Assembly (NCBI RefSeq): GCF_009914755.1
Contig: NC_060926.1
Reading direction: 5' to 3' (one strand)
From: the human T2T-CHM13v2.0 reference genome, Homo sapiens
Length of the DNA: 64,000 nt
Shown: positions 45,733 to 59,011 of the stretch, piece after piece
Layout of the letters: each line of letters opens with the position of its first letter
How positions within the stretch are numbered: the stretch's first letter is position 1
Made by a program: the position numbers and the translations under genes
The notes under the pieces: generated by a model
Seen by the model: only the letters and a program-made list of their open reading frames with translations
The model's database searches: none
Told to the model about the DNA's origin: nothing

Positions 45733-45949
45733 TTATCATCTCTCTAAATTCTTCTTTGGCCACATTATATAAAATTACTCCAACCCGTGACACTTTCTAC
45801 TCCCTTATTCTGGTATATTTTTCTGCTTTGTACTACTGACTACCTAATATAATGAATGTTGTTTTACTTACTTCTTTTCTTTATTATGAATAAGGAAATA
45901 AAACATATTTCTTTTCTCACTAAACATAAGTTCATTTAATGCAGTGGTC

Positions 45950-46281
<332 letters not shown>

Positions 46282-46719
46282 AATTGCAGAGGTCTTTCTA
46301 GGGGACTTTCATCTGTATGGTGGGCACTCAATAAATATTTGTTGGGTGAATTTATAAATTAATAAATGATGATATATATTCTGATTGCACACAGAAGATG
46401 TGACAGGCAGAAAAACTTGACTTTGATTTTGTAATCAAAAGTAAACTTAATAGGTTTTTAGAGACATGCTAAGATGATGAAAGAGGTATAGATCTGTATT
46501 GGGATGAGTTAGTGTTTTTTTAATCTATTTTTTTCCCAGCAGGACAGTTTAGCCTGGAGCAGAATAAGAAAAAAAGAGAAATTGAAAATAGTCTAATGTT
46601 GGGGATTACTACAGTGTGCACTATAACAAATCAGAGTGTAATTGAGGTAGTCGGAATTTAATGATAGCTAAGAGAAGACTAACACATTATTACAATTAAA
46701 GTTGGAAGTCCTTTTTATA

Positions 46720-46855
46720 GCTTCCATTTATTGAGCAACTACCGAGTGCCCTAGATGCTAAGTCTTCTACCTTAAATCTTCCTCTTCAATCCTTAAATTA
46801 TGCTTAGAAAGTAAATTGCATTATTCCCATTTTATAATTAAGGGAACTGAGGGAA
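46720..46855 (-). mobile_element. MIR fragment
   Basis: atttattgagcaactac...attcccattttata..gggaactgagg. Confidence 0.7.
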
Positions 46856-48616
46856 GAAGAGATACTTTTATTTGGGCTGAACTATTGGAAATGCTTTCTC
46901 CTGTACTTTCCTCTAAATTTGTTGCCAGACTTCTCTTCCCAGCCTTTATTTGATTTATCTGAGGTTTTTGGCCATTTTCAGCTATTTTAAAAGTCTCATT
47001 TTTAGATACTATGGTGCAGCCTAGTTTTTGGCTAATACTGGTTGGCCTTCATACTCTCCAATGCGGCATGCATTTATATTTTCATTTTTTGTGAGAAGCA
47101 TTTTGGAGACTACTTTACTGTAAAATTCCCAGCAGACCAATGACTCCCATCTGATTTCTTTCAGTCTCTCTCAGTTCCTGCTTCAGACAGAACACCACGC
47201 AAGAACTTGCTTCTGAGGCTCTCTTACCTTATCAGACAGCCCTATAGAGGAGAGACTTGAGTGCAATAATTCTTACCATATCCACTTCCCTGTAGAATTC
47301 ATGACTCCTTACCACATCCAAATTTGCAAAGGTACTTCTTCAACCACTGACTTTTCCCTACTCAGCCCTTATAATCTTTTTCAAGATGATTCCTGCCTTA
47401 CATGTCTCCAAACATTAAAAAAAACCAAGTCATGTTACTATCCCATCACATTCTGTCATAACCCAAGGCATTACTTCAGATTATAATTTTATGGCCATTA
47501 AACATTTTTGCAAGAGTGAGATGCTGATCTCTTAAAAGCAGTTACAACCTCTGAAAATACATGTTTTAAGATTCCCATCACTTGGCTTAAGAGATAAGAA
47601 GCACACTTCTTCCCTTCCCTAGAAGTAGAAAATACCATCATGTACCTAACGCCTTTAAATTCCCTTACTTCATTGAACTGTTCTTCAAATTTCTTATCTT
47701 CTCCCACATAAATTAGAGATGTATGATAGATTCACTGTTACAATATCAGTACTGCTATATTTCCAATGGCTTCTTTTAGAATTTGGGGGTAACTTATCAT
47801 TGGCTAGCCTCACTTTTCGTACTTGCTAAAATTCCAGGAAGGTGAATTTTTCTTATCTCTATGCTTACCACATTTATCTGTTACCGCACAGTATACAAGC
47901 CTCAAAGTCAGGAATTGAACAAATCTCTCTGACTCCAAAGTTTTACTCTTTCTTCTGCTTCCTACTTGAGTTTCTTGAGAGGGTAAAAGACACTGAAATA
48001 TGCATGCGATAAGGAGGAAATGGTCAGGATACTAAGATGATAAATGTGAGCATAAATCTGTGAAATGCTGCAGTGTTCTTGGTTCAACAACTGTATTCCC
48101 ATTGTCTAATAAATGCATTCTATATTATTAATGAATATTCTGCTAGAATGTATATTTCTTCATTTAAGAGATCTAAAAGTTCATGACAATTGCATCAAGA
48201 TGATTGAAGCAGTCTGGAGTAGAAAAAAAAAATAAATGTGAGTCCCACACTGGTATCATTTTAGGGAGTTCAGAATTGGTATGCATTGTGGTAGGAGTAG
48301 GGACAGGAGAGAACAACAGGAATGATTACGTGGGTGGCTGAGACAGATGGTGTGGACTTCAAATAAAGAAACCCAGAAGGTGGTGGATAAATAATGATGA
48401 GAGTAGCATCGGAGAGTAAGGAAAAATTGGACAGTTCTATCTCAAGAACTCAAGGAATAAAGGATGAAATCAGACTTTTAAATGTTTACTACCTTTAATT
48501 ATTTAAATGATGTGACAACAAATAACACTTGGAAAATCATTTTTCAATGTTTTTGTTATAACCTCTTATAAACAAGAGGATTAGTTTATAGGAAAAGACA
48601 AGGCTGAGCAACATAA

Positions 48617-48927
<311 letters not shown>

Positions 48928-49799
48928 CAAGTGTATTTTTTTCTTTTGAAAAATTATATTGTGATTTTACATTCTAACATAAATACTCTATATCAGAAAT
49001 AAACAACCACTAGAATGAGAAACAGAATGTCATTACACTGGAATGTGGTAAAAAAGAAATTGTTGTTGATAAAAGAACCACCAACTTGTGTATGTGGGGA
49101 AATATCTGTTTAACTGTTAAAGTTTTGTGTTATGTAGAATTCTTAAATAACATAATAATTTTTTAAAAGTCACTGAGTGCCTTTCATCAACAGTTTTGAT
49201 AATCTGAGAGCCTATTCACCTGTGAATGATTTTAACCAAAGTAAATTGCTTCAACTCTGTGCTTAATAGATGGTGTCAGAAGATTGTGGCCCAGAAAACA
49301 GGATGCTGAAAGACATGAGATGTACATGAGATACACATGTTTCAGTCATAGCCTGAGTATGGTAGATGTAGTCTAGGAGAACTTGGCTGGGAACACAACA
49401 CCATGTCTTCATATTCATTTCGAATGAGATGGGGGTAGACAGAGATAGGGTCTTCCTAAAGAAGTATATTAGTTTGTTTTTATATATGCATTATTTGTGT
49501 CTTATAAAGAACAGTGTTAGATAAAGAGACAGAGTTAAATACTGTAAGATTTTTATTCTCACTGTGCTTAAAAATAGCAACCAAAAATATTTGTTGGCAG
49601 AATTAATCATATTATTGTCAGTTTTACCATTATAAAACAGTACTAACTAGAGTGTTAGTTTGGTGCCACTTTTAAACATATGAATGTATTTTACACCTTC
49701 TTTTTTGTGTAGATGAGGTAATGGAAGTCCACAGTAGTGAGCCGAGTTTTCCAAAGTCACTTATGAAAAAGAACAAAACTCTGTCTCAACCCACATTCT

Positions 49800-50448
<649 letters not shown>

Positions 50449-52969
50449 TAGCGAGGATGGCTGTGTGTCCTTTCATATTCTTTAGCGTAATCAGAATCAT
50501 ATCTGTACAGTAACAAGCCCGAAGCTATCTTAGGACAGGGATAGTGAATATAGATGAACACCCTAAGAAATAAGTTAATAACAATGGGAAGTTAGTAGAA
50601 ATGGTGGAGTTTAAGTAGGAGCACATAGAAATATCTGTCGTAAACTGGGTTTTAAAAAAAGTGGACAAGAATTCAGGATAACATTTCTAAAAATAGCTTC
50701 TCTGTCATAAGCTGTTTTCCTCAGTTCTCACTCTGTATTTCATAGGTCTTAGTTTTTTTGTTTATAAAATAATAGTATTGACTTTGATATCATCCAAGAT
50801 TTCTTCTAGCTGTAGGATTTCATCTTAAAATGAAGATGTCTTAAGATATAAACTCTTCCTAATTAAGATTACTGAACCATTTGGCATGCCAAATAGTGCA
50901 AAGCTTTATATCATACTGAATCACAGATGCTGAAGTATTTATAAAACATTTTAGTAGGCATCAATGTAGGCATAGTGTAGGCATTACATAGAATTATTCT
51001 AATGTCCCAACATATGAGACAGGAAAAAATAGTTAAGAATAGAGCATGGAAAAAAAAGGGGTGAATCTAGAAATTCACAATCTTTATCAGGAAAAACTGG
51101 TAATAGGGGTAAATTACCATATAGATGATCACCCAAAAGGTGATCTTTGGGCAATTAATTGCTTAAATATAAGTGAAATATCCATAGATCATCTATAGCA
51201 TTCTATTTCTGTGTAACATTAATTATATTTGAAATTTGGAGTTATAGCTTAAATTCTTCAAATATTTATAAGATTTCAACAACTAGATATATTTTTTGAC
51301 AAGAGGTAATAGAAGCATGAGATACTTGTCCTTCAAGGAAAGATACGACAGATTTATTACAACACACACAAAATCTAAACTTGGTATCCAGAGAAACAAC
51401 ATATATAGGATGTGAGATTCAGGAGAACAAACTCTGTTGACTAAACAGAGAATTGTTATGTTAAGTTAAAAGGTTTTTTCAATTATCTACTCAAAAAGTT
51501 TATTTAGCTTTAATATTGAAAAGTTCTTTGTAAGGAACATAAGAAAACGTGACGTGGCAGCCTCAAATACTAGAAATTTAAATTTAGAACTTGATTATAG
51601 AATGAATATTTGAATTTGAGCACACACATGTGCACAATCTATACAAATTTAGAATTCAGAAAATCAAAAAATCGACCAGGTTTATAAAAACTAAAAAACA
51701 AGTTTTTGGTTTATAATAAGTCTTAAGTTTAAGGAGGACAGCAGTTGGGTCTTGTTTTTCTTTCCCCCTTTAATACATTCTAATATCTAGCAAAGTATCT
51801 GAAAAACAGTCTTTACTGAATAACGATATCTTTAATACGTTAAGAAACACACTGTTTGAAAAACTGAAATCAAAGTGAAACTCTAACACAAAATGAAAAA
51901 TGTGTCTACTGTCCCAAGAGTGTTCCAAAAACATTTCAAAGGAGAAAAGCACAGGGAAATAGTAAGATGCTACTTTCTCATTTTTAAGTGAGTGTTAATG
52001 TGAGAGAAAAATCAACAAAAATATTTCTCTAAAGAATAGAATAATATAATCTAACAGGGGTCAATTAGAAGACTGATATTTTTCCTTGGGGAACTTTTAC
52101 CTCCTTCACTGTCTTTTAAGACAAAATTCATCAATAATTTGAAGGAACCATCCTGTTTGTCTGTTTTCCTTTGAGGAAAGTCCTTTCTGTTTAAAGTTTC
52201 TTTTTTTTAATTTTTCTTGTTTTCTTCACACATTAGGTAATTATCACCATTTTCAGAGATTGGTAATTAACTGAGACATATGTACATGCTTACGCTTACA
52301 GCCTCATTATATTATCAAAATACAAATAAAGTTAGTTTTAGAAAGGATGAACCATTGATTTGGGAATTTAATCATCTTAAGATGTGCTTGAATTGTTTAT
52401 TAACATTTTATTATTTGTGTTTATATTAAAAATTAGTTTTCATTAATATTTAGAATTCTTGCAATTTAACTTAATAGGAATAGATGCAGCATAACATTCT
52501 GATTCCTCATAGTGAAAGAATTTAAAGGATATTCTGGATCTTTCTGTTAGAAGAAGAGGAAATCTAAAAGAAGGATTACCAAAGGGCACTGATTGTAGTT
52601 TTGAGCTGGAGAAAGTGAAATTAGACCAAGATCTGGACTCCAAGCTGAGAAGAAAATTACACGAAGAGAAAGCTATTAGCTGAACTCAGTAGAAAGGATA
52701 TCACTGGGTCAAACTCCACAGGTGGAAAAGATTTTCGATTGATTACCAGTTCAAGAGAGTATTGAACAGAGTCACTTTTTGCTTGACATCTTTGGGCACA
52801 AGGTGTTTATTATTTAAAGCTCTGTGTAAGAAGTTTGGGTGTCATGATCTGTGTCTGGTACACTGGTCAGTTTTTCTTAAGGTCTCACATGTCTAAACAA
52901 AATAACTTTTTATTTGTTCCAAAAAACTTGTCTAGAGGAACTCAATTCAGTCATTAAATAAAAATTGTT

Positions 52970-53254
52970 GGCTGGGCACTGTGGTTCATGCCTGTAATCT
53001 TAGCACTTTGGGAGGCTGAGGCGGGTGGATCACCTGAGTTCGGGAGTTTGAGACCAGCCTGTCCAACATGGTGAAACCCCATCTCTACTAAAAATGCAAA
53101 AATTAGCTCAGTGTGGTGGCATGTGCCTGTAATCCTAGCTGCTCAGGAGGCTGAAACAGAAGAATGGTTTGAACCCAGGAGGCAGAGGTTGCAATGAGCG
53201 GAGATCACGCCACTGCACTTCAGCCTGGGCAATGAAGTGAGACTCCATCTCAAT
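52970..53254 (+). mobile_element. AluS
   Basis: Alu dimer whose tail runs directly into L1 sequence. Confidence 0.92.
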
Positions 53255-54005
53255 AAATCAAAACCACAATGAGATACCATCTCACACCAGTTAGAATGGC
53301 AGTCATTAAAAAGTCAGGAAACAACAGGTGCTGGAGAGGATGTGGAGAAATAGGAACACTTTTACACTGTTGGTAGGACAGTAAACTAGTTCAACCATTG
53401 TGGAAGACAGTGTGGCAATTCCTCAAGGATCTAGAACTAGAAATACCATTTGACCTAGCCATCCCATTACTGGGTATATACCCAAAGGATTATAAATCAT
53501 GCTGCTATAAAAACACATGCACACATATGTTTATTGTGGCACTATTCACAATAGCAAAGACTTGGAACCAACCCAGATGTCCATCAGTGATAGACTGGAT
53601 TAAGAAAATGTGGCACATATACACCATGGAATATTATGCAGCCATAAAAAAGGATGAGTTCATGTCCTTTGTAGGGACATAGATGAAGCTGGAAACCATC
53701 ATTCTGAGCAAACTATCGCAAGGACAGAAAACCAAACACCGCATGTTCTCACTCATAGGTGGGAATTGAACAATGAGAACACATGGACACAGGAAGGGGA
53801 ACATCACACACCGGGGCCTGTTGTGGGGTGGGGGGAGTGGGGAGGGATAGCATTAGGAGATATACCTAATGTAAATGATGAGTTAATGGGTGCAGCACAC
53901 CAACATGGCACATGTATACATATGTAACAAACCTGCAAGTTGTGCACGTGTATTGTAGAATTTAAAGTATACTAATAAAAATGAAAATAAAATTAAAAAG
54001 AAAAA
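53255..54005 (+). mobile_element. 5'-truncated L1PA (PA5-like), ~750 bp
   Basis: ORF2 C-terminus (ORF 53398..53682) plus 3'UTR and A-tail. Confidence 0.92.
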
Positions 54006-55331
54006 TAAATAAATAAATATTGTTAGGGCCTATCAGGTTCCAGGAATTGTGCCAGATCCTGTAATTGCAAATATGAGTAAGGCATATTCCCTGCCATTGC
54101 AGAATTTATCTTGTAGTTGAGCAAAAGTGAAAAGTACACAGAAAACACCTTGTATATTAGAAAACATAGCATGGTCAATTGATCTGTTTCTCTAATAGGC
54201 ACATATAGCACTTTTAAAATTGTATTCTTCTAGGGTTGATAGAGGAATTCTATTACTAACTGAACTTTGTTGATTAAGCAACTTTCAGATATTCGAATAT
54301 TTGAAAGGCTAAAAAAAAGGCAGCCTCTTCTTTGAACAAGCTTTTAGGAGTGATCACTCTAACAGCAAACATCTCCTTTGCATGTAAAATTAAGCAAAAA
54401 CTTTTCTTTTACTCCTTTCCTTTCCATTCTCCTTTTTTCCTACCACTTCAGCCCAAAGCCCTAAGGTGGCACTGAACACAGAGGGAGGGCAATGGTCAGT
54501 GTGAGTAGAGAGACACAACTTAATGTAGGGAGAGAAAGGCATCCATGTGTGACCACATATGTGGGTATAAGTAGAGCAACCACATGGCATCAGAGCCCAA
54601 GCAGGTTGAGGATAGAGTCCTGATAGAAAGGCAGCCTTGCTTGGGGGGCGAGAACCTGTGCAGGTTGGTACCAACAATCCTATGGATGGTACCCTGGTAT
54701 GGCATGTCAGAACCTGAGCAAGGTAAAGAAGGCATCCTTGTAGGAGGACTTTTCAAAATGCAGTGTAAGAGCCTGACCAGAGTAAAGAGTATTTTCACAT
54801 GGGAAGGGTACTTTCACCCAGCGAAGTTGGAGTGCCAAAGCCAAGTCAGGTGGGGAGGGCATCAGTGCATGGAAAGAAAGCAGTTTGCCCTTCGGATCTG
54901 GAGTCCAAGTGGGGTGGGTATGTTGTCCATGCAGTATCTGGCCCAGGCAGGGTGTGGTATGGAGCCTGGCCAACGTGAAGTGGTCTGGTGTATGGCAGGG
55001 TAGTGCAGAGCAGCATGTCACAGAGAGATTTATTTTAAGGAATTGGTTCACATGATCATAGAGGCCGACAACTGCAGAATCTGCAGAGTGTATCGGCAGA
55101 CTGGAGACCCAGGGAAGACATGATGCTTCACTTTAAATTCAAAGGCATCCTACCGGCAGAATTCCCTCTTCTTCAGAAGAGGTTAGTCTTTATCTATTAA
55201 AGCCCTCAACTTATTGGATGAGATGCACCCACATTATGGAAAGTAATCTGCTTTACTCAAAGTCTACTAATTGACCTAATTTCATCTAAAAAATACCACT
55301 ATAGAAACATCTAAAATAATGTTTGACCAAA

Positions 55332-56112
55332 TGTTTTGGTCCATTAGTGTTGCTACAAAGGAAAACTTGAGACTAGGTAATTTGTAAGGAAAGAGATTTG
55401 GCCGGGTGTAGTGGCTCACACCTGTAATCCCAGCACTTTGGGAGGCTGAGGCAGGCAGATCACAAGGTCAGGAGTTCAAGACCAGCCTGGCCAACATAGT
55501 GAAACCTCATCTCTACTATAAAAAAAAAAAAAAAAAAAAAAGTAGCCAAGCATGGTGGTGGGTGCCTGTAATCCCAGATACTCAGGAGGCTGAGGCAGGA
55601 GAATCACTTGAACCCGGGAGGTGGAGGTTGCAGTGAGTGAGATTGCACCACTGAACTCCAGCCTGGGTAACAGTGTGAGACTCTGTCTCAAAAATAAATA
55701 AATAAAAAAGAGAAAGAAAAGAGATTTATTGGCTAATGGTACTGTAGTTTCTAGTCCATACACGAAGCATGGTGCCAGCACATACATCTGGAGAGGGCCT
55801 CAGGCTGCCTCTACTCATGGTGCAAGGGGGAGGGGAGCCAGTTTGTGCAGAGATCACATCATGACAGAAAAGACAAGAGAGAGAGACAGAAAGGAGGGAG
55901 GTGATAGGCTCCTTTTAACAACCTGTTCTCTCAGGAACTGACACTGCAACACTCCCTCACTCCCCGCTACCACCACAGGGGACATTAATCATGAGGGATC
56001 CATCCCCATGACCCAAACATCTCCCATTAGGCCTACCTCCAACCTTGGAAATCAAATCTCAACATGAGTTTTGGAGGGGAGGGGTCAAACAAACCATATC
56101 CGCACTATAGCA
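55332..56112 (-). mobile_element. MSTB-type MaLR LTR, itself split by an Alu
   Basis: TG..CA ends, gaagcatggtgccagca, catgacccaaacatctcccattaggcc. TSD CCAAA / ACAAA. Confidence 0.82.
55400..55717 (+). mobile_element. AluSg-like
   Basis: gatcacaaggtcaggagttc. TSD AAAGAGATTT. Confidence 0.9.
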
Positions 56113-56194
56113 ACAAATATCTGAGTATTTTAGCCTACTCAAGTTGATACATAAAATTAGCCATCACAGTTGGGAAATAGGCTCTGAGGTATAA

Positions 56195-56316
56195 GTAGTC
56201 TCATTATGGCTGATTTTAAGCTATCAACTTCACGTCACTGGATGTAAACTACAGAAGAATTATATGAACACAACCAGCTCTTGTGAGCAGGTATTAGCCA
56301 GCAGCAGCATACCACT
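56195..56316 (-). mobile_element. Possible Arthur1/MER69 hAT fragment
   Basis: Ends in ccagcagcagcataccactg, resembling the CAGTGGTGTGCTG terminal repeat. Confidence 0.45.
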
Positions 56317-56821
56317 GAGTTGACTTGAGTTATGAAGTCTGAATGGAATCTTCTTCCAATCCTATGGAGGGTTTTGAGAATGGGACACGACACCCTTCAA
56401 AACTGCCCCATATTGGCACTAGTGAGTGAGTCAGATCACTATGCCCTGAATCAATCAATCGTTGGATACAGGCTGCCTTCAGAAGGGGGCAAGGCTTTGA
56501 GAAAGGCAGCTCTCTTCAATTTAGGCAGTTTTCAAAGCTGGGCTGATAACTGGAGCTGCTCACTGGCAGCACTCCGGGTAAGTTTGGTAATAAGTTACTT
56601 AATGGTGGATGAGGATCTAGGCAGCACATCGTAGCTTCATAGCACCCACCGTATTCAATGATGAGTCTCCGTGATTGGGTCTCACTAAATCCATAAAAAG
56701 AAATTGGAGGCTGACTCTCTCTCTCTCTTTCCCTTAGAGAGAGAGAGTAAGAGAGAGAGAACCCAGTTACATCCAGAGTTCTAGGGAGCAGAAGCACAGT
56801 GCTGCAAGGAAGAAACTTCAG

Positions 56822-56875
56822 CTGAATTTCAGGCAGACCAAGGCTCAACTGAATTTCAGGCAGACCAAAGCTCAA
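56822..56875. repeat. 27-bp tandem duplication (one mismatch)
   Basis: CTGAATTTCAGGCAGACCAA(G/A)GCTCAA x2. Confidence 0.9.
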
Positions 56876-56984
56876 ATTCTAAAAGTATTATTTTCTTATT
56901 ACCAGCTTAGTTGAGTCATAGAACTAGTCTTTCATCATTGAAAGTGTATACTTTTAATTGTTAGGGCTACTGTTTTAATCAGGG

Positions 56985-57229
56985 TTTCCAGCTGCAGAAA
57001 AGAAAGATTATTTGCCTTTTTCCTGCCTTCTTGTTCTATCTGGGACCTTAGCCAATTGGATGGTGCCTGCCCACATTGGATGAGGGCGGATCTTCCTTAC
57101 TCAGTCCACTGAGTCAAATGCTAATTTCTTCCAGAAACACCCTCACAGATATGCCCAGAAATAATGCTTTTCCAGCTATTTGAGTTTACCTTAATTCAGT
57201 CAAGTTGACACATAAAATTAACCATCACA
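56985..57229 (-). mobile_element. Partial MLT2B-type LTR
   Basis: attggatggtgcctgcccacatt...aaacaccctcacaga...caagttgacacataaaattaaccatcaca. Confidence 0.8.
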
Positions 57230-58229
57230 CCCACCAAAACTGTATTCAATAAGGGAAAGGTAGGAGATTTGATGCTGGACTGCTATCCACGTTGTTTACA
57301 GTGACCATATATATGATTGACTCAGGTCTACACCTGCTTCCTGGAATAACTATAATAACTGCTCTTTTACTCCCCAAAGAGCCCAGTTTGAGCAATAAAT
57401 TACATTGTTATCCTAATATGATTGCTTCTACAAGACAGGCAGAATAGCAAGCATAGTGCCAGATGTCACAACCTTTCACTGCCATGTGAAACCTGGGAAT
57501 AATAATAATAATACCTTTTAAGACTGTCATGGGAATTAAATAAGATAAAATATGCAAAAATATACATGCTAAGTTATTGGAATAGCACCTAAGTATTATT
57601 ATATTTTCCTTGTGATGGCATTTTATATTGCCCCAAAATGAGTAAATATTAAAATGTCCCTACAATAGAATTCCAACATGAAAATATCCAGTGCCAATAA
57701 TAAAAAGAAAGAAATGATTGATTTTTAAACAAATGAATAATACTCTGGAACAACTTGGGTAGTTTGCTGGAGAAGCTTTCAATGCAGAAGTCTTGGGTCA
57801 AACCCAAAATCTTATAAGCAGTAGTTGTTTTTGGGTAATTTGCTTAAACTTTCTCAGCCTTGGGTCTCTCAATTATTGGGTTGTAAATTATCAAAAGAAT
57901 ATCTTTAAAGCCCATAGTATCTTCCTGGCCCTCTTAGACACTCAGCAATGTTAATTTCCCTCTCCTGGCTGAAAAAAGTAACTGAGGTTAGGAATATTTT
58001 TCAGACCAAACAAATACATGGAGGGCTTGGAAGGAGTCTTCCAAACTCCTCAAAGCAGAGAGGCTTCCATCCTCAAACTCTCCTTATCAAATAATAAAAT
58101 TCTTATTTATGGGGAAGGATGGGAGGGAATTAATACCACCTACTACTCTAGAAACTTGTTCTCAATTCCGCTTGCCTTCTACCTACTCCACCAGAAACAT
58201 TTCCTCATGGCTTGAACGACAATATGTAG

Positions 58230-58470
58230 AAAAGCATGCTATAAATTTGTGTGTTTTCAATTTATAAAAATGGTTTCATATATTACACCTCAGTTGAAAA
58301 TCAAGACAATGCATGAGTTGTCAAATCAGGTATTAGTCCCATTTTGCAGATGGGAAATATGAAATCCCAAGAGGTTACTTGACTTGCCTGGATAATACAG
58401 TTAATAACTGGAAGAGACAGGCAGGATATGAACATACTTTTCTGAACTCTAAAGTGAATGATTTGTCTGC
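58230..58470 (-). mobile_element. MIR
   Basis: attagtcccattttgcagatgggaaa...agaggttacttgacttgcc. Confidence 0.7.
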
Positions 58471-58816
58471 TTTGGAACACTCTGAAGTCCCTGACTCTGA
58501 AATAGGAGCTCCTGGATGTGTTATTAAGACAGGCACAGTGAAGTATGAATACATAAGTGCTAAAGTGTTTCTCAGCTTCACAGCTTGTTTTATCAGCTAT
58601 TTCAAGACTATTTCCACTTGAGAGTTTTGTACTTCTAGCCTGCTGTGAGTCACTAATGATATAATCCATTTTGGAAATGGTGGTAAATTATGGGTTGTGG
58701 TAACTCTGTTATGAACTTATTATTATTAATTACTTGCCATCACTTGCCATCTCAATTGTGTTTTGTTCAGTAAACATAATATCCATGCTCAATACAAAAA
58801 TTAAATCTTTCTTTCT

Positions 58817-58818
<2 letters not shown>

Positions 58819-58854
<36 letters not shown>
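58819..58854. repeat. (CA)n microsatellite
   Basis: Direct reading. Confidence 0.92.
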
Positions 58855-58856
<2 letters not shown>

Positions 58857-59011
58857 GCTAAGCCAGTAATAAATTTTACTTGACCTTAAGTTTGAGCCTC
58901 AAATATGAATCTGGATTCCTGAAAAATTGAGTTTCTAACTATCTTTGCCAAATAAATATTTTTGAGGGTGAATTTCAAATGACCATGTCTAATAAAAATA
59001 TTATTTTAAAA

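Larger units (their letters stand above)
55005..56168 (-). mobile_element. MLT2C/D-type LTR split by an MST LTR
   Basis: tttattttaaggaattggttcacatg...ataatgtttgaccaaa | tatctgagta...caagttgatacataaaattagccatcaca. Confidence 0.75.

Noticed and set aside
54584-55051. Overlapping 114-139 aa ORFs in a GC-richer block
   Set aside because: No recognisable domain or splice structure. Probably old LTR-element sequence.
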